Below are positions 49,656 to 63,090 of a stretch of 64,000 nucleotides of DNA, one piece after another. The translations under genes and the position numbers were made by a program. The stretch is from NCBI GenBank assembly GCA_002269645.1, contig NIVC01001062.1, positions 1 to 64,000 of the forward strand, written 5' to 3'. The notes beneath the pieces are model-generated. The model made no database searches. It saw nothing but the letters and a program-made list of their open reading frames with translations, and had not been told where the DNA came from. The first letter of the stretch is position 1, and every line of letters begins with the position of its first letter. This DNA comes from Macrostomum lignano. Its lineage: Eukaryota.

Positions 49656-51224
49656 TTAAACGTCACAACCCGCGTCGCCGGATTTGCGCTGTCGAATGGC
49701 GTCCAGGATGTCGTTCAGATTGCCGCGTTTCTCCTTGATTAGCTGGCTAAGCCAGCAGGTTTCGTCGTCTTTGAAGCCCATACGGCGGAACTTCTTCAAC
49801 AGCTGACGATAGTTGCGCTGCTCGGCGGACTCGCGATCAACCTCCTCGGAGTCTGAGCCGCTGCTAGATGACGAGTCGCTGCTGCTGCTGCTGCTGCTGC
49901 TTCCGCTGCTGCTGCTGCTGCTGCGACTGCGGCGTCGCTTGCGACCTCCGCGACCGCGCTTGTGATGCCGATGATGCTGCTGCTGCTTTTGCTTCTTCTT
50001 AGCCTGCTGCTGGCGCTTGCGAAGTTGCTTCAGCAGCAACGCCTCCTCCGGCGTCAGTTGCTGCTGCTGCTGCTGTTGCTGTTGCTGCTTCTCCTGCTGC
50101 TGGGAACATTGTTCTTCAACGTCAATGCGAATCGGCTCGTCGGCGGTGCCAGCCGCTCCGGCCTCCTTCTGGCACTGCTGCATCTGAGCCTGACGCTGCT
50201 GCTGCCTCAGACACAGCATCTGCTGACGCCAGGCCCATTTGCGTTGCATCTTCTCGCAGCGTTTGGCCATCTTGACTTCGAATTTGCAGCGCGCCTTCTC
50301 CAGCTTTCTGGCCAGCTTAGGACAGGCGACAGACATCGGCGGCCGCTGGGGCATGAAGCCGAATGGCGGCTGGGGCGGGGGAGGGGGCGGAGGCGGCGGC
50401 ATGTGCGGCCCACCGTGCGGCGGGTAATGACGCAGATGTGGCGGCACCGAATGCGGCTGCTGTTGCTGCTGCTGCTGTTGGCCGTGACCAAATCGACCAC
50501 CCCAGCCACCACCGAAGCTCCACGGTCCGCGTCCGCGTCCGCCGCCGCCGCCGCTGCCTTCGCCGCCCAGTAGTCCACCGCGGCAGAGCCATGGCGGCAG
50601 GCTGTCGGCATCGCCTGGCCGGTGCAGCACCAGCATCGAGTGCTGGTCGTGCACTCCGCGGAGGACACACCGCTGGCACAAGTCGAAGTCCGGGCACAGA
50701 AAGCATCGAAATCGGCGGCCCCTGACAGGCTGGTTGCAGCCGTCGCACAGGACGCCCGGATGTTCGGCGCCGTCCGACTCGCAGCCCGGCGTCGGAGCGG
50801 CGATGATGCGTAGCGGAGTTGCCGCAGCCTGCTGATCAGCGCCGGCGCCCTGATAGCGCGAATGATGCAACCGTAATAGCCGGCGCAGCTCGTCGCCAGT
50901 GGAGAACCTCACCCGTTCCTGATCGGCGTCCACATAGTACAGGCTCAGGCCCATGCTGCAGCCGGCGGCTCCAGCAAACGCCGCCCCCAGGCGTCGTCGA
51001 AAATCGTCGAACAGTTGCTGCTGTTGCTGCTTCTGCTGTTCCGTCTGCTCCCCAGCCGCTGCCCCAATCTGATCGGCGTCCATCGACTCAACGACGGCGG
51101 GCATGCTTGGCAGAGGGTAGTTGAACCGACGAATCTCCTCCTGCGAGGAGCCCGGGCAGTACACCGCCTTGATGGTGACCAAGGTCGGGCTGGTAGCGCT
51201 TTGCTGGCTTGAGTCGTCTTCCAT
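49656..51224 (-). CDS. SQSTM1: Sequestosome-1/p62-like protein (PB1-ZZ-UBA), intronless, 522 aa
   Basis: PB1: TIKAVY...EIRRF...LYYVDADQERVRFSTGDEL. ZZ: HPGVLCDGCNQPVRGRRFRCFLCPDFDLCQRC...H. C-terminal UBA-like: FRRMGFKDDETCWLSQLIKEKRGNLNDILDAI. Confidence 0.88.
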   Translation of the reverse strand: MEDDSSQQSATSPTLVTIKAVYCPGSSQEEIRRFNYPLPSMPAVVESMDADQIGAAAGEQTEQQKQQQQQLFDDFRRRLGAAFAGAAGCSMGLSLYYVDADQERVRFSTGDELRRLLRLHHSRYQGAGADQQAAATPLRIIAAPTPGCESDGAEHPGVLCDGCNQPVRGRRFRCFLCPDFDLCQRCVLRGVHDQHSMLVLHRPGDADSLPPWLCRGGLLGGEGSGGGGGRGRGPWSFGGGWGGRFGHGQQQQQQQQPHSVPPHLRHYPPHGGPHMPPPPPPPPPQPPFGFMPQRPPMSVACPKLARKLEKARCKFEVKMAKRCEKMQRKWAWRQQMLCLRQQQRQAQMQQCQKEAGAAGTADEPIRIDVEEQCSQQQEKQQQQQQQQQQLTPEEALLLKQLRKRQQQAKKKQKQQQHHRHHKRGRGGRKRRRSRSSSSSSGSSSSSSSSDSSSSSGSDSEEVDRESAEQRNYRQLLKKFRRMGFKDDETCWLSQLIKEKRGNLNDILDAIRQRKSGDAGCDV

Positions 51225-51307
51225 AATGATTGCTTGGTTCGAGTCGAAGTCTACTTGTCAGCAGATTAAGAGCTGAAGAGGAAAAGTTCCACCTTCAAAT
51301 CGGCTCC

Positions 51308-51315
51308 TATTTATA
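51308..51315 (-). promoter_or_regulatory. Candidate TATA box of the p62-like gene
   Basis: TATAAATA on the minus strand, ~85 bp upstream of the ATG. Confidence 0.55.
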
Positions 51316-52216
51316 GAGAATCTCGCGGCTATGCCGTCAAGCAAATCTGGGTAGCAACGTAGAGATGTCGTAGCGGCAACGTTGGTCCTACGTCGGCTAT
51401 ACGTCGATTTTCAGTTGCACGCGGCTTAATACAAGGTAGTGTTCAGTAACGAGACAGGCGGTAATCTGTGTGGACACACGCGACCTCAACGAAACGCTTA
51501 CGTAGCGACTACGTATTTGAGAGAGGCAAGGGTAGAGCGGGAGGACGGGGTTTGCCGTACAGTTCAACCCCCACCCTCCATTGTATGTACACTTGAGGCT
51601 AGACCGTACAGGCCTGTGCCCGCGAACCCCCCCTATTCAAGTCTTTTCTCTCCCCCGTCAAGCATTTCTTGGGCCACGGCGTGCTATTTTTATCTGCATG
51701 AGGTCTGTACTGCGACTGTACAGTCAGGAGTCTCCCTGCCTGCTGTGTTTAGTCAGTGTGAAATTCCCTCTTGTCTTAGTCGTATCTCTTCGACTATTAT
51801 TTACAAATTGCTGATAAAGCGTCACCCTGTCGCTTAAAAATCCGTCAATTAATTAAGTTAATTAAGACGAAAACAAAAATACAAAGTTCAAGGAATATGC
51901 TTATGTTTAAGGAGTAAATCACGCCAGGACGATCACTAAAAATGGGGCGAATTGTCACGTTATACGAGTATATTTCGAGCTATAATTAAAAGACATGAAC
52001 GCGTTAAAAGTTCGTGTTAAACTGATGTACCAAGAAAGTTAAATTCTCAAAGTGAGAAAACTGCTTTTGAGTTGACTAATTGCCATAGAAGTTCAATTGT
52101 CAGAATATTTCCTTGCAGATTCTCGTCCCAAAACTACGGATCTCTTCATACACTGCATCGGTGCACAGCTGCAGGTTGTCTGGCATCAGCGAGGGCTCCC
52201 CAGTAGGAAACGCAGC

Positions 52217-53297
52217 ATGTCTGAACGCGGTTCGGAGACTGGCGCCTCACCGGCCTGGCAGTCTCAGCCGCCAAAAACAGCGGCCAGTGGGACCGACCGG
52301 ACAAAGACCCTGCTGCGGGTGACGTCTTTGTCGAAGAGAGGCAGCGGCGCCGGCGGCGGCAGCGCAGTCGGGTCAAGTCGGCACCGGGGCTCCCTGCTAA
52401 AGCGTCGAGCTGCTGCGGCCGCCACGAAGTCAATCGGACAGATTGAGCCGTCGAAGCAGCAGCAGCTGCAATGCCAGCAGAAGGATCAACAATGCTTTCT
52501 TGAGTCCGAGAACTCGGAATTTGACTTTCAGCAGGAGCCAGACGAGGACTTGTTCTGTGCAGAGGAGCCGCAGCACCAGCAGCTGCAGAATTCGCTCTCC
52601 TGCGGCGGCACCGCCCTCACATCCGCATCCGGGCCGGGTCTCCAGCTGTTCGGAGGCGGTGGCGGAAGTCACCTGCAGTCGGCTGGCTGCAGCGCCGCTC
52701 TCCAAGACGTCAGCGCGTCCGCCATCCTGCAGCAGCACCAGAAGCAGCAGCAGCAGCAGCAGCAGCGGGCCGAGCAGCTGGACGTCTCCATGCTGATGCA
52801 CAGCGGTTTCTACGGCACTCGCGAGGAGGTCGAGCAGCTGCTGGCTCAAGCCATCCAGCTTCACTGCCGGCCCAACAGCAAACTGGGTGACGGCAACTCC
52901 AAGGCTGCCGACTGCTGGTCGAGTCTACCGCAGCAGCACCAGCCGAGACCAGGACCGAAGACTTCGGCGGCTTCGACTGCGGGTCTGGCTGAAGACCTCC
53001 TGCAGGCCTGGAGCGGCGGCGGCGGTTCCGGCGGGAAGTCCGTCCACTTCAGCTTGGACTCGCCCAGCAACACCGCGAGCTGCCAGCAGAAGCTGCCGCC
53101 ACCTGCCACCGCTGCGACCCCGCGACCAACGATGCGCAACCAGCTGCTGCTGACGGACTTCTCAGAGGAGGAGACAGCCGCGGAGCCCGAGGCGGAGACG
53201 GCGGTGTTCCTGACTGCCAAGCCGCCCGTGCCGAAGCCTCGAACTGACCGCCGATCCGCGTCCTTGAACCGTCAGAGAGCCCAGCCCGCTCCATCTG
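52217..53297 (+). CDS. Uncharacterised low-complexity protein, exon A
   Basis: Long GC-rich ORF from ATG 52217 (acceptor CCTTGCAG at 52118 upstream) to donor G|GTAATT, phase 1. Confidence 0.65.
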
Positions 53298-53449
53298 GTA
53301 ATTTTTGTCACCAACCTGAATGCATCAGTGTTTATACTGAAGCATGTCTCTGAACATGAAGCATGTCTCTGAACATGAAGCATGTCTCTGAACATGAAGC
53401 AGGTAAAAGTACATGATTATTGAGACGGGTCGCTGAACTGCTCCAGCAG

Positions 53450-54090
53450 GTGGCCAGCAGGTGAAGCTCCGCAATTGCAACACAGCCCTCGGTCAGCCAC
53501 CCGGATCCGCCTCCCGCCCGCCTCAGCCGCCGCTAACGCAGCCGCGTTTGCCCGTCCCGACACCGACGCCCCGACAGCGCCGAATGGGGGGCCCGGAACC
53601 GGCCGCCGACTCGACGCTTCGCTGTCTGCCTCCGCCGCAGCCACCGCCAGCGCCGCCTCCGCAACTGCCGGTGCCTCGGCAGCGCCGTCGACAATCCATC
53701 AACTCGCTGCAGGGAATTCGCCAGCCAGTCAGCGAGTCCAGTAGCGCCCTGTCTGCCTGCTTGTCATCCACTCAGTCTGCAGAATCGGACAAGGTCGGCC
53801 ACATCGACGAGGACAACGCCACGGTGCAGCCGGAGTTCGTGCACGAGGCTCTTGGGCAGCTGCTGCAGACCCGACTGCGGGTCACTCAGAGCTTCGGGGG
53901 CGGCACCGCAGCAGCGGACGCTGAGATTCTCCGCTTCGACCTTGCCAACGCCTTGACAACCGCACGACGACCGCTGGAAACAACAGCGCTGTCGGCTGGA
54001 CCGAGCCGAACTGGACCTTCGGGCAGCTCGCCAGGCTGCGGCGGCAACAAGAGACCGACTGCGGCTAACTCCATCAATGCTGGCAGGTGA
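53450..54090 (+). CDS. Uncharacterised protein, exon B
   Basis: Acceptor CTCCAGCAG at 53449 restores the frame into the 209-aa ORF. It ends at TGA 54090, or splices at AG|GTGATC. Confidence 0.6.
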
Positions 54091-54505
54091 TCTCAGACCT
54101 CACCGCATGGTGAACATCAGACAGCGCCGAGAAATTCCACTACCTTGAGCCGGTCAAATAAGTTTATTTTTTGTATAAATTTAAGTCACTTTTCGACGGC
54201 CTCATTTCTATTCTTCAAGGTTTATAGAGACATAAAAAAATAATTTGTTACGCAAAGCTCTCGTACTCTCATTTGAACTGAATGCAGGACTACAACTATT
54301 TGTATACATGGTTGAACCGACTCACCAGTCAGATATCCTTATGTGTACGCGTATGGCGGTAAATACTAAATGTTTAGGTTATAATTTTTATTACTTAAGC
54401 ATCACCATAGCCGCAAGATGCAGCTCAAAATATAGCTAACTCATTTTGTATTGTCTTCTAGAGGAAAAAAAGAAACTTTCTTTGTTGCTTTAACGGACAC
54501 TAAGA

Positions 54506-56131
<1,626 letters not shown>

Positions 56132-57204
56132 CCAACTAATGGCAGTGTAATATCCCATAATTTAACTACCCACAAGTTACTACTTACTTGGTAGTAGCCA
56201 CTAGTGAAGTGCAGATTTATCATTTTACAACCTATGAAACGTAAGCAAGGCTTTACTTAAACATACAAGCTTTAGATTACCTACCTACACCTGCAGCCCT
56301 ACGATATCAATAAATCATTTGAACCGATCCTGCGTCACACACTTGACCGCAGCCAGGCAGCCGGGCAGTCTTTATCTCGCAAAGGATTCAAATAAAAACG
56401 TTTGTGTACCAAAAAAGCCTGCAAAGCAGGGTCGCGATGCCAAAACCAGGGCATGCAGTGCCAGTTCGTGCTGTTCGTGTTTGGTAGTTGTTGGATGAAA
56501 AAAAGAAATTCTGTCTTTTCGAGAATGCTGTTACAAAACTCATAAAACGGAGTTTATCGATACCTGTTTACTTTTTCGCTAGTTGCAGTCGGATCTTTAC
56601 TCAGGAAGTTACATTTGTGACTCTGACGCATCACGTCTATAAATTTATCCAGATATGAAAAAGTGCAATGTGAAATTTTCGGATTCCAAGCATTCGTTTT
56701 TTATCAAATAGTGCGTAGCTAGCGAGGCTAAATATGCGTGAACTGTCATAATTGCATCTGGTACTGGCTCTTGCTTTAACCTTTCTGCATGCAAAAGAGG
56801 CCTTACTAAATCACCCTTCTGTAACTATTAATAATTGAAATTTGGGAGAACTTCCCGACGGGGTGGAGCCACGGAGTATTTGTATACTCAAACAACCCCA
56901 AACAATCCCAAACAACCACAAACATACATGCGCAACCCCCTGACTTACACTGGCCATGCGACTTACTTTTTGACCAAAAATGCGACTTACCTGCGAAAGA
57001 AATCCTAAAGAAAAATCGACGTAATTTTGGGTAAACGGCAAGAGTAAATATAACTGTATTATTAGAGCTAAATGCGTCGTCATCTAATTAGTAAAACGTC
57101 TATTTTCGTGTGTGCATTTTTTCGACTTACCCCCTGGTCCACCACAATTTACGGTGGCCGGATCGGTTAGGTCGGCCAGCAGTTGCTCATGTATGACCGC
57201 AAAC

Positions 57205-60200
57205 AACTCAAAGAATCCAACCCCAAACAACCCCAACCAAGGATCCAACCTAAATTATCAAACCCCAAAAAACCCCAACCAAGGATCCGACCTAAATTAT
57301 CAAACCCCAAACAACCCTAACCAAGGATCCAAACCAAAAAAACTACGTATGCAACCTTAAACAACCCCAAAGATCCAACCACAAACAACCCCAAGGATCC
57401 AATCACAAAAAACCCCAAGGATCCAACCCCAAACAACTTCAAGAAACCAGCCCCAAACAACTTCAAGAATCCAGCCACAAACAACTTCAAGAATCCAGCC
57501 ACAAACAACTTCAAGAATCCAGCCCCAAACAACTTCAAGAATCCAGCGCCAAACAACTTCAAGAATCCAGCCCCAAACAACTTCAAGAATCCAGCCACAA
57601 ACAACTTCAAGAATCCAGCCCCAAACAACTTCAAGAATCCAGCCCCAAACAACTTCAAGAATCCAGCCCCAAACAACTTCAAGAATCCAGCCACAAACAA
57701 CTTCAAGAATCCAGCCCCAAACAACTTCAAGAATCCAGCCCCAAACAACTTCAAGAATCCAGCCCCAAACAACTTCAAGAATCCAGCCACAAACAACTTC
57801 AAGAATCCAGCCACAAACAACTTCAAGAATCCAGCGCCAAACAACTTCAAGAATCCAGCCCCAAACAACTTCAAGAATCCAGCGCCAAACAACTTCAAGA
57901 ATCCAGCCACAAACAACTTCAAGAATCCAGCCCCAAACAACTTCAAGAATCCAGCCACAAACAACTTCAAGAATCCAGCCACAAACAACTTCAAGAATCC
58001 AGCCACAAACAACTTCAAGAATCCAGCCCCAAACAACTTCAAGAATCCAGCCCCAAACAACTTCAAGAATCCAGCCACAAACAACTTCAAGAATCCAGCC
58101 CCAAACAACTTCAAGAATCCAGCCCCAAACAACTTCAAGAATCCAGCCCCAAACAACTTCAAGAATCCAGCCCCAAACAACATCAAGAATCTAGCCCCAA
58201 ACAACTTCAAGAATCCAGCCCCAAACAACATCAAGAATCCAGCGCCAAACAACTTCAAGAATCCAGCCCCAAACAACTTCAAGAATCCAGCCACAAACAA
58301 CTTCAAGAATCCAGCCACAAACAACTTCAAGAATCCAGCCACAAACAACTTCAAGAATCCAGCCACAAACAACTTCAAGAATCCAGCCACAAACAACTTC
58401 AAGAATCCAGCCCCAAACAACTTCAAGAATCCAGCCCCAAACAACTTCAAGAATCCAGCGCCAAACAACTTCAAGAATCCAGCCACAAACAACTTCAAGA
58501 ATCCAGCCCCAAACAACTTCAAGAATCCAGCCACAAACAACTTCAAGAATCCAGCCACAAACAACTTCAAGAATCCAGCCACAAACAACTTCAAGAATCC
58601 AGCCCCAAACAACTTCAAGAATCCAGCCCCAAACAACTTCAAGAATCCAGCCACAAACAACTTCAAGAATCCAGCCCCAAACAACTTCAAGAATCCAGCC
58701 CCAAACAACTTCAAGAATCCAGCCCCAAACAACTTCAAGAATCCAGCCCCAAACAACATCAAGAATCTAGCCCCAAACAACTTCAAGAATCCAGCCCCAA
58801 ACAACATCAAGAATCCAGCGCCAAACAACTTCAAGAATCCAGCCCCAAACAACTTCAAGAATCCAGCCACAAACAACTTCAAGAATCCAGCCACAAACAA
58901 CTTCAAGAATCCAGCCACAAACAACTTCAAGAATCCAGCCCCAAACAACTTCAAGAATCCAGCCCCAAACAACTTCAAGAATCCAGCCACAAACAACTTC
59001 AAGAATCCAGCCCCAAACAACTTCAAGAATCCAGCCCCAAACAACTTCAAGAATCCAGCCACAAACAACTTCAAGAATCCAGCCCCAAACAACTTCAAGA
59101 ATCCAGCCACAAACAACTTCAAGAATCCAGCCCAAACAACTTCAAGAATCCAGCCCCAAACAACTTCAAGAATCCAGCCCCAAACAACTTCAAGAATCCA
59201 GCCCCAAACAACTTCAAGAATCCAGCCCCAAACAACTTCAAGAATCCAGCCCCAAACAACTTCAAGAATCCAGCCCCAAACAACTTCAAGAATCCAGCCC
59301 CAAAAACTTCAAGAATCCAGCCACAAACAACTTCAAGAATCCAGCCCCAAACAACTTCAAGAATCCAGCCACAAACAACTTCAAGAATCCAGCCACAAAC
59401 AACTTCAAGAATCCAGCCACAAACAACTTCAAGAATCCAGCCCCAAACAACTTCAAGAATCCAGCCCCAAACAACTTCAAGAATCCAGCCCAAACAACTT
59501 CAAGAATCCAGCCCCAAACAACTTCAAGAATCCAGCCCCAAACAACTTCAAGAATCCAGCCCCAAACAACTTCAAGAATCCAGCCCAAACAACTTCAAGA
59601 ATCCAGCGCCAAACAACTTCAAGAATCCAGCCCAAACAACTTCAAGAATCCAGCCCCAAACAACTTCAAGAATCCAGCCACAAACAACTTCAAGAATCCA
59701 GCCCCAAACAACTTCAAGAATCCAGCCACAAACAACTTCAAGAATCCAGCCCCAAACAACTTCAAGAATCCAGCCCCAAACAACTTCAAGAATCCAGCCC
59801 CAAACAACTTCAAGAATCCAGCCCCAAACAACTTCAAGAATCCAGCCCCAAACAACTTCAAGAATCCAGCCCCAAACAACTTCAAGAATCCAGCCCAAAC
59901 AACTTCAAGAATCCAGCCCAAACAACTTCAAGAATCCAGCCCAAACAACTTCAAGAATCCAGCCCAAACAACTTCAAGAATCCAGCCCAAACAACTTCAA
60001 GAATCCAGCCCCAAACAACTTCAAGAATCCAGCCCAAACAACTTCAAGAATCCAGCCCCAAACAACTTCAAGAATCCAGCCCCAAACAACTTCAAGAATC
60101 CAGCCCCAAACAACTTCAAGAATCCAGCCCCAAACAACTTCAAGAATCCAGCCCCAAACAACTTCAAGAATCCAGCCCCAAACAACTTCAAGAATCCAGC

Positions 60201-61700
60201 CCCAAACAACTTCAAGAATCCAGCCCCAAACAACTTCAAGAATCCAGCCCAAACAACTTCAAGAATCCAGCCCAAACAACTTCAAGAATCCAGCCCAAAC
60301 AACTTCAAGAATCCAGCCACAAACAACTTCAAGAATCCAGCCCCAAACAACTTCAAGAATCCAGCCCCAAACAACTTCAAGAATCCAGCCCCAAACAACT
60401 TCAAGAATCCAGCCCCAAACAACTTCAAGAATCCAGCCCAAACAACTTCAAGAATCCAGCCCCAAACAACTTCAAGAATCCAGCCCCAAACAACTTCAAG
60501 AATCCAGCCCAAACAACTTCAAGAATCCAGCCCAAACAACTTCAAGAATCCAGCCACAAACAACTTCAAGAATCCAGCCACAAACAACTTCAAGAATCCA
60601 GCGCCAAACAACTTCAAGAATCCAGCCCCAAACAACTTCAAGAATCCAGCCCAAACAACTTCAAGAATCCAGCCACAAACAACTTCAAGAATCCAGCCCA
60701 AACAACTTCAAGAATCCAGCCACAAACAACTTCAAGAATCCAGCCCAAACAACTTCAAGAATCCAGCCCAAACAACTTCAAGAATCCAGCCCCAAACAAC
60801 TTCAAGAATCCAGCCCCAAACAACTTCAAGAATCCAGCCCAAACAACTTCAAGAATCCAGCCCCAAACAACTTCAAGAATCCAGCCCCAAACAACTTCAA
60901 GAATCCAGCCCCAAACAACTTCAAGAATCCAGCCCCAAACAACATCAAGAATCCAGCGCCAAACAACTTCAAGAATCCAGCCCCAAACAACTTCAAGAAT
61001 CCAGCCCAAACAACTTCAAGAATCCAGCCCCAAACAACTTCAAGAATCCAGCCACAAACAACTTCAAGAATCCAGCCACAAACAACTTCAAGAATCCAGC
61101 CACAAACAACTTCAAGAATCCAGCCACAAACAACTTCAAGAATCCAGCCACAAACAACTTCAAGAATCCAGCCCCAAACAACTTCAAGAATCCAGCCAAA
61201 CAACTTCAAGAATCCAGCGCCAAACAACTTCAAGAATCCAGCCACAAACAACTTCAAGAATCCAGCCCCAAACAACTTCAAGAATCCAGCCACAAACAAC
61301 TTCAAGAATCCAGCCCCAAACAACTTCAAGAATCCAGCCCAAACAACTTCAAGAATCCAGCCCAAACAACTTCAAGAATCCAGCCTCAAACAACTTCAAG
61401 AATCCAGCCACAAACAACTTCAAGAATCCAGCCCAAACAACTTCAAGAATCCAGCCCCAAACAACTTCAAGAATCCAGCCCAAACAACTTCAAGAATCCA
61501 GCCCCAAACAACTTCAAGAATCCAGCCCAAACAACTTCAAGAATCCAGCCCCAAACCTTCAAGAATCTTCAAGAATCCAGCCCCAAACAACTTCAAGAAT
61601 CCAGCCCCAAACAACTTCAAGAATCCAGCCCCAAACAACTTCAAGAATCCAGCCCCAAACAACTTCAAGAATCCAGCCATAAACAACCCCAAGGATCCAA
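57205..61700. repeat. 24-bp minisatellite (~180 copies) with 23-bp variants
   Basis: Unit AAACAACTTCAAGAATCCAGCCCC or ...GCCAC; both edges are degenerate. Confidence 0.98.
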
Positions 61701-62089
61701 CAGCGAACTTTTGTACTAAGGGACAAGCGTTACCCTATCTCTCAAGGGCCCAGTGCAATACAAGGTTCTTTGGCTTAGCCTCTTAAGCTGGAGAGTTGAT
61801 GAGAGCTTAAGCGCCTCCCTTTATCTCCCCCCCCCCCGATCAAATAATTTTGGCTGCGGCCTGTCGATCTGTTACTTTTTTTCAGCGACTCATGCAGTCA
61901 GTAGCTGCCCCGTGATAGCTAGGGATAAGCGGAATGAACTGCAATGCCTTCCCGCTGCACCCGGACACATCCCCATGCAGTCAGACTGCTAGTCAACCTC
62001 TTAAAAAAGCATCAATAATTTAGGTTAGCAGAAATTCTTCACAGAAACGGGGTAAGGTGGACCCGAAGCAAGTGAAGTACATGTACAAA

Positions 62090-63090
62090 GGGACTCCCAA
62101 AAAGATTCTTCTTAAAGCGACTCCCAAAAAGATTCACCACAAAGCGACTCCAAAAAAGATTCTCCACAAAGCGACTCCCAAAAAGATTCTCCTCAAAGCG
62201 ACTCCCAAAAAGATTCTCCTCAAAGCGACTCCAAAAAAGATTCTCCACAAAGCGACTCCCAAAAAGATTCTCCTCAAAGCGACTCCCAAAAAGATTCTCC
62301 TCAAAGCGACTCCCAAAAAGATTCTCCTCAAAGCGACTCCCAAAAAGATTCTCCTCAAAGCGACTCCCAAAAAGATTCTCCTCAAAGCGACTCCAAAAAA
62401 GATTCTCCTCAAAGCGACTCCAAAAAAGATTCTCCACAAAGCGACTCCCAAAAAGATTCTCCTCAAAGCGACTCCCAAAAAGATTCTCCACAAAGCGACT
62501 CCCAAAAAGATTCTCCTCAAAGCGACTCCCAAAAAGATTCTCCTCAAAGCGACTCCCAAAAAGATTCTCCTCAAAGCGACTCCAAAAAAGATTCTCCACA
62601 AAGCGACTCCCAAAAAGATTCTCCTCAAAGCGACTCCCAAAAAGATTCTCCTCAAAGCGACTCCCAAAAAGATTCTCCTCAAAGCGACTCCCAAAAAGAT
62701 TCTCCACAAAGCGACTCCCAAAAAGATTCTCCTCAAAGCGACTCCAAAAAAGATTCTCCTCAAAGCGACTCCCAAAAAGATTCTCCTCAAAGCGACTCCC
62801 AAAAAGATTCCCCACAAAGTGACTGCCAAAAAGATTCCCCACAAAGTGACTGCCAAAAAGATTCCCCACAAAGTGACTGCCAAAAAGATTCCCCACAAAG
62901 TGACTGCCAAAAAGATTCCCCACAAAGTGACTGCCAAAAAGATTCCCCACAAAGTGACTGCCAAAAGATTCCCCACAAAGTGACTGCCAAAAAGATTCCC
63001 CACAAAGTGACTGCCAAAAAGATTCCCCACAAAGTGACTGCCAAAAAGATTCCCCACAAAGTGACTGCCAAAAAGATTCCCCACAAAGCG
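62090..63090. repeat. 27-bp minisatellite in two variant blocks
   Basis: AAAGCGACTCCCAAAAAGATTCTCCTC up to ~62805, then AAAGTGACTGCCAAAAAGATTCCCCAC. Confidence 0.97.

Noticed and set aside
49962-51212. Plus-strand ORFs over the p62-like gene, including poly-Leu
   Set aside because: They are antisense shadows of CAG-rich coding sequence.
51250-51420. Nrf2 ARE or NF-kB sites in the p62-like promoter
   Set aside because: No exact ARE (TGACnnnGC) was found, and GGAAAAGTTCC is only a loose kB match.
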